The translations under genes and the position numbers were made by a program. From Thermoleophilia bacterium (GTDB lineage: Bacteria; Actinomycetota; Thermoleophilia; Gaiellales; Gaiellaceae), in assembly GCA_043739205.1 (NCBI GenBank), contig JAYUEQ010000051.1, forward strand, positions 1 to 36,269: a stretch of 36,269 bases of DNA, in the 5' to 3' direction. Positions 8,541 to 16,580 of the stretch are shown piece after piece; position 1 is the first letter of the stretch, and each line of letters starts with the position of its first letter. A model generated the notes under the pieces. The model was given only the letters and a program-made list of their open reading frames with translations. It was not told where the DNA came from and searched no databases.

Positions 8541-9077
8541 GTGCCCGGGTCCCGCCGCCTCAGCCAACGCATCTCCGAAGGAGATGGCATTGCGATCATC
8601 GTTTGCGTCAACGACGCAGACGGTGCGCGAGACGCCGAGCAGCAAGGCGCGAAGGCGATCGCGATCTACAACGCGATTGACGGGATCCGCGAAGCGACCA
8701 CGCTGCCGCTGCTCTGGATCGGCGCGGGCACGCCGAGCGAGGCGGACGCGGTGAGGATCCGCCCCGAGGAAGAGACGATCGCCCACCTCGAGAACGTGGT
8801 CGACGTCCGCGACGACGAGGAGCTCGAGCTCGCTCTCGAGCGGCTCGATCCGGAGATCTTCCTGCTCTCCTCGCGCGAGATCGACGAGGACGCCGACCCG
8901 CTCGACGCGGTGCTCGAGTTGCTGCCCGATGTTCCGGCAGGCAAGCTGGCCATTGCGCAGGTAGACGTCGGGAACCGTGACGATGTGCTGGCGCTCGAGC
9001 GCGCTGGCATCGACGCGGTGCTGGTCCCGGCGCGCCATGTCGGCGATCTGGTCGGCCACCTGCCCCTCGACGTGTAG
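8541..9077 (+). CDS. Indole-3-glycerol-phosphate-synthase-like (TrpC-like) degenerate TIM-barrel protein
   Basis: 178 aa, GTG start. Collinear by eye with IGPS blocks (VVDVRDDEELELALE, LELLPDVPAGKLAIAQVDV, AGIDAVLV), but the conserved catalytic positions appear substituted. Competing minus-strand ORFs have Arg/Ala-rich shadow composition. Confidence 0.5.
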   Translation: MPGSRRLSQRISEGDGIAIIVCVNDADGARDAEQQGAKAIAIYNAIDGIREATTLPLLWIGAGTPSEADAVRIRPEEETIAHLENVVDVRDDEELELALERLDPEIFLLSSREIDEDADPLDAVLELLPDVPAGKLAIAQVDVGNRDDVLALERAGIDAVLVPARHVGDLVGHLPLDV

Positions 9078-9094
9078 CTGGCTACCATGGCGCC

Positions 9095-9712
9095 GTGAGA
9101 GGGCTCCTCGCGTTTTTCGTGCTCGCGGGCATGTGCGCGTTGCTCGCGTCCGGTTGCGGTTCGGCAAAGAAGGCCGCTGCTCCCGTGCCGGTCGTGACCC
9201 ACACGCCGCCGTGCGCGTATCCGGTCGGCTGGGAGAAGCTCGCCCGGAAGGTCAAGGCGCCGGTGTACTGCCCCGGCTGGCTGCCTGATCCGCTGACGAG
9301 TCAGATCGACGGCAAGTGGAGCAACGGCAACGACACCTCGCCCGACCGCAGCTACCTCGAGAGCTTCGTCTGGCAGGAGACGGGCGCCGGCGCCGCGGGC
9401 GGCGAACTGCACGTCGTGCTCCGCGGCTATCCGGGCGTGACGAAGATCCCGACGTGTCGTACCGGCGGTGTCGACAGTAAGAACGTCCCGTGCTTCGACG
9501 GCCTCCGTGGGACGGTCAAGGCGGGCACGATCACGGCGCAGCTCTACTCCGGCCCGAACCAGGACATGGACGCCTGGCATGCCGTGCTCCTGTGGCGGAA
9601 GGACGGAACGCTCTACACGCTGTCCGAGCACGTCGCGCCGCCGCTGACCTACAACAAGGTCGTCAGCTACTTGAAGCGCGAGCTCGCGTCGCTCGTCCTG
9701 ATCGAACCGTGA
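9095..9712 (+). CDS. Hypothetical lipoprotein
   Basis: N-terminal signal peptide with lipobox (LLASGC). No recognisable enzymatic motif. The last base of its stop is the first base of the next gene's ATG (TGATG). Confidence 0.7.
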   Translation: MRGLLAFFVLAGMCALLASGCGSAKKAAAPVPVVTHTPPCAYPVGWEKLARKVKAPVYCPGWLPDPLTSQIDGKWSNGNDTSPDRSYLESFVWQETGAGAAGGELHVVLRGYPGVTKIPTCRTGGVDSKNVPCFDGLRGTVKAGTITAQLYSGPNQDMDAWHAVLLWRKDGTLYTLSEHVAPPLTYNKVVSYLKRELASLVLIEP

Positions 9713-11085
9713 TGAAGTTCACGCGGAGGCAAGTGATCGTCGGCGCCGCGGCCGGCGCCGTCGGCGCAACGGGAATCTACGAGCTCGTCGACCAGTTCAC
9801 CGGCGGCTCGCCCGCGCGACTGAACGCCGCTGCGGTCTTTCCGGAGCAGCATCTGCTCGACGGCGTGCGCAGCGTCGACTCGGAGGGCATCGAGGTACTC
9901 GTCCCGCCGCTCCATCACGAGATCCTCACCGCGCGCGTCACCGCCGGCCGCAGCGATCTGCGCAGCGCGCAAGCGGAGCTCGAGCACGTCCTCGCGCGCC
10001 TCGACCTGGACTACGCCCCGTCGCCGGCCGGGCTCGGCGTGACCTTGGCGTGGGGGCTGCCCTACTTCCACCGCCTGACGCCGGACGCATTGCAGCGCGT
10101 TCTCCCGCACGACCGGCGCGCGGGCAAGCCCGTCATCTTCGATGCGGAACGGTTCCAGAGCGACCCCTTCGACACACGTCTCGAATCGAACGACGTCGCG
10201 ATCCTGTTGCGCTCCGACGTGCGGGCGAACATCGACGACGCGACGAAGCGCATCCGCGACTCGAAGCTCTTCGAGCTGACGTCGATTCGCCGCGGCTTTG
10301 CGGGCGGCGGCTTCGAAGGCGCGCGTTCGCTCCCGAAGCAGATGGCCGTCGCTGCACAGATCCCCGGGGCCGATCTGATTCCCGAGACGGCCGAGCTCTT
10401 TCTCGGCTTCACCTCGACGCAGCGCGCCGGTCTTGGGCCGGGAACGATTGCGAACTTCGAAACGCTCGGCTACGTCGATTTCCGCGGCCACGATTACTTC
10501 CGGCAGGGAACGCACATGCACCTCTCGCACATCCATGAGGACCTCGAGGCGTGGTACCTCAACTTCGACTTTGACGAGCGCGTCGCGACCGCGTTCCGTC
10601 CGGGGCTGAACGTGAAGCAGAACGCCCAGACCGTCCGCCAGGGGCCGAAGGATGTTTCGACGGAGGCCGACGTGCACCGGGACTTCAAGCGCTCGGGGCA
10701 GATGGGTCACAGCGCGTCGATCCAAACGGCGTCGCGCCTCGATCACGACGTGGTCGCACACGACGGCACGGTATTCCCTAAAGGCACCGCGATCCCGCAG
10801 CGCGCGGACTTCAACACGCTCGACAACCCGTACTTCTGGTCGGAGAAGCCGGACGAGATCGGCGTTCTACCGGCCGCGGGCGTGCATTTCGTCGTCTTCA
10901 ACCCGACGGGCGACGACTTCCGCCGCAACCGTCGTGCGATGGACGGCCAGCTGGAGCAAAAAACGATCGAGCTCCAACCGCGCACCCGCCCGCAGGGTTT
11001 CAACGAGGTGTTGTCGACGACTCATCGCCAGAACTTCCTGGTCCCGCCGCGTCGGCACCGCTCGTTCCCGTTGGCCGAGCTCTAG
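9712..11085 (+). CDS. Tat-exported DyP-type peroxidase-like protein (divergent)
   Basis: ATG at 9712. Twin-arginine signal MKFTRRQVIVGAAAGA. DyP-like blocks by eye (GVTLAWGLPYF, NDVAILLRSD, LFLGFTSTQRA in place of GFxDGxxN, GVHFVVFNPTGDDF, NFLVPP). The ORF-track start at 9490 lies inside the lipoprotein gene. Confidence 0.45.
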   Translation: MKFTRRQVIVGAAAGAVGATGIYELVDQFTGGSPARLNAAAVFPEQHLLDGVRSVDSEGIEVLVPPLHHEILTARVTAGRSDLRSAQAELEHVLARLDLDYAPSPAGLGVTLAWGLPYFHRLTPDALQRVLPHDRRAGKPVIFDAERFQSDPFDTRLESNDVAILLRSDVRANIDDATKRIRDSKLFELTSIRRGFAGGGFEGARSLPKQMAVAAQIPGADLIPETAELFLGFTSTQRAGLGPGTIANFETLGYVDFRGHDYFRQGTHMHLSHIHEDLEAWYLNFDFDERVATAFRPGLNVKQNAQTVRQGPKDVSTEADVHRDFKRSGQMGHSASIQTASRLDHDVVAHDGTVFPKGTAIPQRADFNTLDNPYFWSEKPDEIGVLPAAGVHFVVFNPTGDDFRRNRRAMDGQLEQKTIELQPRTRPQGFNEVLSTTHRQNFLVPPRRHRSFPLAEL

Positions 11086-11093
11086 CTCGAACT

Positions 11094-11154
11094 GGTGTCT
11101 GACACCGGTTCGAGCCGCGGGCTCATTTCGCGCTCTGCCCAGGTGTCAGACACC
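11094..11154. repeat. Palindromic repeat locus 2: two copies of GGTGTCWGACACC 48 bp apart
   Basis: GGTGTCTGACACC at 11094-11106 and its exact reverse complement GGTGTCAGACACC at 11142-11154. Lies between convergent genes (stops end at 11085 on + and start at 11166 on -). The spacer contains a small GC hairpin, GAGCC-GCG-GGCTC (11112-11124), followed by ATTT. Confidence 0.9.
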
Positions 11155-11165
11155 TGGTTTCGTCT

Positions 11166-12185
11166 CTAACCGAAGAACGCTTTAGCGACGTCGTACCACT
11201 CGGGCGTCACAGTCTTGAGCTCGGCGGTCGCCTCCTTGAGCGAGCACGCGATCACGTCGTCGCCGCGGAGTGCTGCCATCTGACCGAACTCGCCGGCCTC
11301 GACGAGGTCGGCTGCCTTGAGCCCGAAGCGCGTCGCGAGGATGCGGTCGCGCGGAGTGGGTGAGCCGCCGCGCTGTACGTGGCCGAGCACGGTGACGCGC
11401 GTCTCGAAGCCGGTGCGCTCCTCGATCTCGTCGCCGAGTTGCTCACCGACGCCACGCTTCGCAAGCAGCTTGTGACCGAACTGGTCGACGTCGCCCTTGT
11501 CGTCTGCCCCGGGCAGCTCGCAGCCTTCGCTGATCACGACGATCGAGAAGTTCTTGCCGCGTCCGTGGCGGCGGCGGATCTCCTCGCAGACGTCTTCGAC
11601 GACGACGGGCCGCTCGGGAATCAGAATCACGTCCGCGCCGCCGGCGATGCCGGAGTGCACGGCGATCCAGCCCGCGTGACGGCCCATCACCTCGACCACC
11701 ATCACGCGGTTGTGCGCTTCGGCGGTCGTGTGTAGGCGGTCGATCGCCTCCGTACAGATCGAGACGGCGGTGTCGAAGCCGAACGTGTAATCGGTGCCGT
11801 TGAGGTCGTTGTCGATCGTTTTCGGCACGCCGACGATCGGGAGCTGGAACTCGTCGTGCAGCTTCGCGGCCACCCCGAGGGTGTCTTCGCCGCCGATTGC
11901 GACGAGCGCGCCCAGCTCCTCGAATGCGGCGCGGACACGGTCGACGCCTCCCTCGACCTTGTAGGGGTTCGTCCTCGAGGTGCCGATGATCGTTCCGCCG
12001 CGGGGCAGGATCCCGGAGATCTGCGGTGGCCCGAGCGGCTGGAAGACGTGCTCGATCATTCCCCGCCACCCTTCGCGCACGCCGACCACCTCGTGCCCGT
12101 TCGCCCACGCGCGCCGCGCAACAGCGCGGATCACTGCGTTGAGGCCGGGGCAGTCGCCGCCGCCGGTTAGGACTCCGATCCGCAT
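11166..12185 (-). CDS. pfkA: 6-phosphofructokinase (ATP- or PPi-dependent, actinobacterial type)
   Basis: 339 aa. Motifs MRIGVLTGGGDCPGLNAVIR, IGGEDTLGVA, PKTIDNDL and MGRHAGWIA. Phosphoryl-donor specificity cannot be decided from the sequence by eye. Confidence 0.9.
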   Translation of the reverse strand: MRIGVLTGGGDCPGLNAVIRAVARRAWANGHEVVGVREGWRGMIEHVFQPLGPPQISGILPRGGTIIGTSRTNPYKVEGGVDRVRAAFEELGALVAIGGEDTLGVAAKLHDEFQLPIVGVPKTIDNDLNGTDYTFGFDTAVSICTEAIDRLHTTAEAHNRVMVVEVMGRHAGWIAVHSGIAGGADVILIPERPVVVEDVCEEIRRRHGRGKNFSIVVISEGCELPGADDKGDVDQFGHKLLAKRGVGEQLGDEIEERTGFETRVTVLGHVQRGGSPTPRDRILATRFGLKAADLVEAGEFGQMAALRGDDVIACSLKEATAELKTVTPEWYDVAKAFFG

Positions 12186-12358
12186 CGCTTCGAGTCTACG
12201 CGGGGAAGCATTCGGTCGATTCCATCAGTTCGATACTACAAAAAAGATAGTCAGCCGCCGTTTCTGAACAGTCCGTGAAATGCACCGCTGTTTACTGGCG
12301 CGTGGCGATACCCGCCCGTAGAACGAGGCGACAGACAATCCCGAACCAAGGAGATCGC

Positions 12359-12772
12359 ATGCGCCGCCTCGTACTCCCATTGCTCGTCCTCGCTGCCGCG
12401 GTGCTTGCCGCGTCGGCGCTCGCGTCGACCCGCGACAGCACGCCGGTCGTGAAGTGGAAGACCGCGCAGTTTGGCTCGATCCTCGCAACGAACGGGCACC
12501 TCGCTCTCTACACGTGGAACCAGGAGAAGGCCCTCAAGGTCAAATGCACCGGAGCCTGCGCGAAGACGTGGCCGCCGATCACGATCCCGCATGGAACGAT
12601 GACGCCCAAGCACATCGCCGGCGTGATGGGGACGTTCGGAGAGGTCATGCGTCCGGACGGCAAGACACAGCTGACCTACAACGGCCACGCGCTGTACACC
12701 TTCCACGGCGACACCGCGACGAAGATCCTCTGCAACGGCGTCGACGGCTGGTTCGTCGTCAAGGTGCACTAG
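12359..12772 (+). CDS. Secreted protein with two Yx(FWY)xxD repeats (COG4315 / Lipoprotein_15-like)
   Basis: ATG at 12359, preceded by AAGGAG at 12348-12353. Signal peptide MRRLVLPLLVLAAAVLAASALA. Two repeats (GHLALYTWNQE and GHALYTFHGD). Confidence 0.75.
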   Translation: MRRLVLPLLVLAAAVLAASALASTRDSTPVVKWKTAQFGSILATNGHLALYTWNQEKALKVKCTGACAKTWPPITIPHGTMTPKHIAGVMGTFGEVMRPDGKTQLTYNGHALYTFHGDTATKILCNGVDGWFVVKVH

Positions 12773-12775
12773 CGG

Positions 12776-13432
12776 ATGAAACCCCGTGAGACCCGCTTGT
12801 ACGGCCGTCGCGCCTTCCTCGGCGTGACGGCCGTCGGGCTCTCGTCACTCGTCTGGGGGCGTGCGGCATGGGATGCGTTCGTCGCAGTCGCGCCGTCCGG
12901 GCTGGTGTCCGGCTGGCGGATCTACACCGTCGCGTCGACGATGCCGCGTTTCGACCCGACCACGTGGCGGCTGACGATCGACGGGTTGGTGGCCGCACCG
13001 CAGAGCCTCAGTTACGACGAGCTGCGTGCCCTTCCGAGTGCGGAGCAGGTGTCGACGTTTCACTGTGTGACCGGATGGACGGTCAGCAACGTCCACTGGC
13101 GCGGAGTGCGGTTTGCCGATCTGCTGGCCGGTGCGCAGCCTCATCCCGAGGCTCAGGTGCTGACGTTCACGTCGGCTGAGAAGCCGTACGTCGACACGCT
13201 CACCCTCGCGCAGACCCAGCTCGCCGATGTGATGCTCGCCTACGAGATGGACGGGAAGCCGCTGGCGCGGGAGCACGGGGCGCCGGTGCGCGTCGTGATC
13301 CCCGACATGTACGGCTACAAGGGTGTCAAGTGGGTCGAACAGATCACGCTCGGCGTCGACGCTCAGCCGGGCTACTGGGAACAGCGCGGGTACGACCTGG
13401 ACGCGTGGGTGGGGCGCTCGAATGGCGCCTGA
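12776..13432 (+). CDS. Tat-exported molybdopterin-dependent oxidoreductase (sulfite-oxidase/MsrP-YedY fold, catalytic domain only)
   Basis: Twin-arginine signal (YGRRAFLGVTAVG). Motifs FHCVTGWTVSNVHWRGV and HGAPVRVVIPDMYGYKGVKW, typical of the Oxidored_molyb domain. Confidence 0.8.
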   Translation: MKPRETRLYGRRAFLGVTAVGLSSLVWGRAAWDAFVAVAPSGLVSGWRIYTVASTMPRFDPTTWRLTIDGLVAAPQSLSYDELRALPSAEQVSTFHCVTGWTVSNVHWRGVRFADLLAGAQPHPEAQVLTFTSAEKPYVDTLTLAQTQLADVMLAYEMDGKPLAREHGAPVRVVIPDMYGYKGVKWVEQITLGVDAQPGYWEQRGYDLDAWVGRSNGA

Positions 13433-14027
13433 GTACGTCGAGCGTTTCTCTGCTACCGAGCGCGCCGTGCATTGGGTACACGCGACGGCGTTCCTTGTGC
13501 TGCTTGCGACCGGGCTGGCGCTCTATATCCCGGCGCTCAGCGTCGCGGTCGGGAGACGCCCTTTGCTCAAGGACATCCATGTGTACACGGCCGTTGCGTG
13601 GATCGTTGGGCTCGTCCTCGTCGTCGTGCTCGGCGACCGTCGTCGCCTGCGCGCGACGGTTCGCGAGCTCGACACGTTCGACGCGGACGACATGTTGTGG
13701 TTGCGCAGGTACCCGCGCCCGCAGGGACGGTTCAACGCCGGGCAGAAGGTGAACGCCGCGCTGACCGCCGCTTTTGCATTGCTCTTTGCGGTTTCCGGCT
13801 CCCTCCTATGGCTCGGCGAGCGCGATCATCGCTTTCAGCTCGGGAGCACGATTCTGCTCCACGACTGGCTGACGCTGATTTCGCTCGTCCTGCTCGTAGG
13901 CCATCTCTACCTGGCGCTGATCTACCCGGCGACGCGGCACGCGCTGCGCGGAATGACTGTCGGCACGGTGCGTCGCGACTGGGCCGAGCGTCATCACCCC
14001 AAATGGGTGCGCGAGGAACGACAATGA
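13422..14027 (+). CDS. Membrane cytochrome b (cytochrome b561 / Ni-hydrogenase CYTB-like family)
   Basis: ATG at 13422, overlapping the Mo-enzyme gene by 11 nt. ERAVHWVHATAFLVLLATGLAL and further His-containing helices (TILLHDWLTLISLVLLVGHLY). About 4 TM segments. Confidence 0.7.
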   Translation: MAPEYVERFSATERAVHWVHATAFLVLLATGLALYIPALSVAVGRRPLLKDIHVYTAVAWIVGLVLVVVLGDRRRLRATVRELDTFDADDMLWLRRYPRPQGRFNAGQKVNAALTAAFALLFAVSGSLLWLGERDHRFQLGSTILLHDWLTLISLVLLVGHLYLALIYPATRHALRGMTVGTVRRDWAERHHPKWVREERQ

Positions 14028-14710
14028 GCGAGATGGCCACTGTTCTCGTTGTCGACGATGAGCCGATCGTGCGTGACGTCGTCGTTCGCTACCTCCAGCG
14101 GGACGGCTTCGACACGCTCGAAGCCGGGGATGGCGACGCGGCGCGCACGATCATCGAGAGCGGGGCGCCGGACATCGTCGTGCTCGACGTGATGTTGCCC
14201 GGCACGGACGGGCTCTCGCTGTGCCGCTGGATCCGTGCGAGCAGCGACCTACCGGTGATCATGCTGACGGCGCGCGGTGAGGCCGCGGACCGCATCGTCG
14301 GGCTCGAGATCGGCGCCGACGACTACGTCACGAAGCCGTTCTCGCCGCGCGAGCTTGCGATTCGTGTTCGCAATGTCCTGAAACGCGCCGAGACCCCGCC
14401 GCCCGCAGCCGAGACATTGTCGTTCGACGGTTTGACGATCGACGGCAAGACGCGCGAAGTGACGCTCGACGGCAAGCCGGTACGCCTCACCGGCAAGGAG
14501 TTCGACCTGCTCCACTTCCTCGCCTCGAACCCGCGCGAGGTGTTCTCCCGAACGCAGCTGATGGATCGCGTCTGGGGATACGAAGCGGCGCTCGACACCG
14601 GCACCGTGACGGTGCACATCCGGCGGCTGCGTTCGAAGACCGAGCGCGACCCGTCGATGCCCCAGCATCTCGAGACGCTGTGGGGCGTCGGCTACAGGTT
14701 CGTCCCGTGA
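14024..14710 (+). CDS. OmpR/PhoB-family response regulator
   Basis: ATG at 14024 overlaps the upstream stop (ATGA). Receiver domain (VLVVDDE, DIVVLDVMLPGTDG, KPF) plus a winged-helix output (LTGKEFDLLHFL, VWGVGYRF). Confidence 0.92.
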   Translation: MSEMATVLVVDDEPIVRDVVVRYLQRDGFDTLEAGDGDAARTIIESGAPDIVVLDVMLPGTDGLSLCRWIRASSDLPVIMLTARGEAADRIVGLEIGADDYVTKPFSPRELAIRVRNVLKRAETPPPAAETLSFDGLTIDGKTREVTLDGKPVRLTGKEFDLLHFLASNPREVFSRTQLMDRVWGYEAALDTGTVTVHIRRLRSKTERDPSMPQHLETLWGVGYRFVP

Positions 14711-15768
14711 TCCAGCTTGCGGTCGTCGTCGTGGCGGCAACGCTTCTCGTCGGGGTTCTCGGTGCTGTGGTCCTCCGTCGACTGCCCACCGTGCGCTCCC
14801 AGCTCGCGGCGTTCGGGCTGCTCGCGGTTGTGTTGCCGCTCGGCGCGGTGCTCGCCTCAGGGTGGGTGATGTTCCACATGGGCGCCGACCTGAAGATCCT
14901 CGCGGTCGCCGCCGGGGCTGCGGCAAGCGCCATCGCCGTCGCTCTCGCGCTTGCCGCATCGATCACGAGACGGGTCGAGCACCTCAGCGCAGCCTCCGTG
15001 AGCCTGGCGGGTGGCGATCTCAGCGTGCGTGCACCGACCGACGGACCGCGCGAGCTCGCAAAGCTCGGCCACTCGTTCAATGCGATGGCATCGGAGCTCG
15101 AGAGCCTGTTCGACGCACGCCGCGAGCTCGTCGCCGCCGCAAGTCACGACCTGCGGACTCCGGTCGCGTCGATCACCGCGATGCTCGAGGCGATCGAGGA
15201 CGGGCTCGCCACAAGCGAGGAGTACCTGGCGCCGCTGCAGGAACACGCGCGCAGGTTGAGCACGCTCGTCGACGACCTTTTCGAGCTCGCCCGCATCGAC
15301 GCCGGCGCGCTCTCGCACGAGCTGCAGGTTGTCGCGATGGGGCCGCTTGTCGCGTCGTGCGTTCGTGGCGTCGAGGCAGAAGCGCGCGCACGTGGCGTGA
15401 CGCTGGATCAGCGGCTCGAGGAGACACCGCCCGTTCGTTGCGCGCCCGATCAGGTTGAGCGCGTCTTGCTCAACCTGCTCACGAATGCACTGCAGCACAC
15501 ACCGTCTGACGGTTCGATCGCCGTCATCCTCGACACTGCTGATAGTCACGTCACCGTCAGCGTGGAAGACACCGGCACCGGGATCACCCCGGACGCGGCA
15601 CGTCGCATGTTCGACCGCTTCTGGCGTAGCGACCCTGCTCGCACCGGCGGCGCGGGTCTCGGGCTTGCGATCGCGCGAGGTCTCGTCGAAGCGCAGGGCG
15701 GACGGATCTGGGCGGAAGGAGCGGCCACGGGCGGAGCCCGCGTCTCCTTCACCCTCCCGGTTGCTTAG
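14707..15768 (+). CDS. Sensor histidine kinase with little or no extracytoplasmic domain
   Basis: GTG at 14707 overlaps the regulator stop (GTGA). Three closely spaced hydrophobic helices, a HAMP-like linker, the H-box AAASHDLRTP, and N/G boxes (LLNLLTNALQHT, DTGTGI, GGAGLGLAI). Confidence 0.88.
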   Translation: MIQLAVVVVAATLLVGVLGAVVLRRLPTVRSQLAAFGLLAVVLPLGAVLASGWVMFHMGADLKILAVAAGAAASAIAVALALAASITRRVEHLSAASVSLAGGDLSVRAPTDGPRELAKLGHSFNAMASELESLFDARRELVAAASHDLRTPVASITAMLEAIEDGLATSEEYLAPLQEHARRLSTLVDDLFELARIDAGALSHELQVVAMGPLVASCVRGVEAEARARGVTLDQRLEETPPVRCAPDQVERVLLNLLTNALQHTPSDGSIAVILDTADSHVTVSVEDTGTGITPDAARRMFDRFWRSDPARTGGAGLGLAIARGLVEAQGGRIWAEGAATGGARVSFTLPVA

Positions 15769-16580
15769 GTGTCGCGGCGCACGAGCAGGACTGCCGCGAC
15801 GGCCAGCGAGAGTGCCGCGTACCCAGCGAAGAGACCGAACCCGGTCCACGGCGCGAGGCTGTGCGGGTCGGGCGTGATCGAGAAGATCGCGCGGCCGGCG
15901 TTGCTGGGGAGGTACGGCGTGATCGCGTCGTTCCAACTCGTCGGGAGGACGTTCATCAGCGGCGGGATGACAAAGAAGATTGCGGCGAAGGTGGCGATCC
16001 CGCCCGCGGTGTTGCGCAGGATCGTGCCGAGCCCGAGCGTCATGACGGCGATCACCGTCAGGTACAGCGACGCACCGATCACCGCTCGTGCGACACCCGG
16101 ATGCGACCAGGCGATGTTCGCGTGGTGAGCCGAGAGGATCGACTGGCTCGAGAAGAACGCGATGAGCACCGACGGGAGCATCAGGGCGAACGTCACGAAT
16201 GCGAACACGACCGCCTTCGCCCACAGCACCGGCAGGCGCTTCGGGACGGCCGTGAATGTGGCGCGAATCATCCCGGTCGAGTACTCCGCGGTCATCACGA
16301 GGACGCCGAGGATGCCGATCGCGAGCTGGGCGATCTGCGATCCGATCAGCGCCGGGTCGAGCGGGTTGAAGCTTGCGCGCTCGCCGGGGCTGCGATGGCT
16401 CCAGTGCGATGAGATCACGGCCGAGGCCAGAATCGGGAAGCCGATCGTCAGCACGGTGGCCGCGAGCAGGGACCAGCGCGTCGAACGGACGCTACGCAGC
16501 TTCGTCCACTCGGAAAGGATCACCCGGGCTTGCGTCACCTTCCCACGGAACTTGAATCTCGGAATCGCGACGGAGCTCAT
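15765..16580 (-). CDS. ABC-2 family transporter permease
   Basis: 271 aa and multi-pass hydrophobic. Start overlaps the stop of the upstream ATPase gene. Its stop overlaps the kinase stop on the opposite strand (TTAG). Confidence 0.75.
   Translation of the reverse strand: MSSVAIPRFKFRGKVTQARVILSEWTKLRSVRSTRWSLLAATVLTIGFPILASAVISSHWSHRSPGERASFNPLDPALIGSQIAQLAIGILGVLVMTAEYSTGMIRATFTAVPKRLPVLWAKAVVFAFVTFALMLPSVLIAFFSSQSILSAHHANIAWSHPGVARAVIGASLYLTVIAVMTLGLGTILRNTAGGIATFAAIFFVIPPLMNVLPTSWNDAITPYLPSNAGRAIFSITPDPHSLAPWTGFGLFAGYAALSLAVAAVLLVRRDT

Noticed and set aside
8666-9631. 321-aa minus-strand ORF (and 8523..9167) competing with the IGPS-like and lipoprotein genes
   Set aside because: The plus-strand products have a coherent domain-like pattern and a lipobox signal peptide respectively. 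The minus-strand translations are Ser/Arg/Ala-rich low complexity.
12186-12358. AT-richer patch (GATACTACAAAAAAGATAGTC, about 12228-12250) in the divergent pfk/lipoprotein intergenic region as a possible promoter or UP element
   Set aside because: It is plausibly a promoter region, but I could not define convincing -35/-10 hexamers or an operator by eye. It is not reported as a feature.
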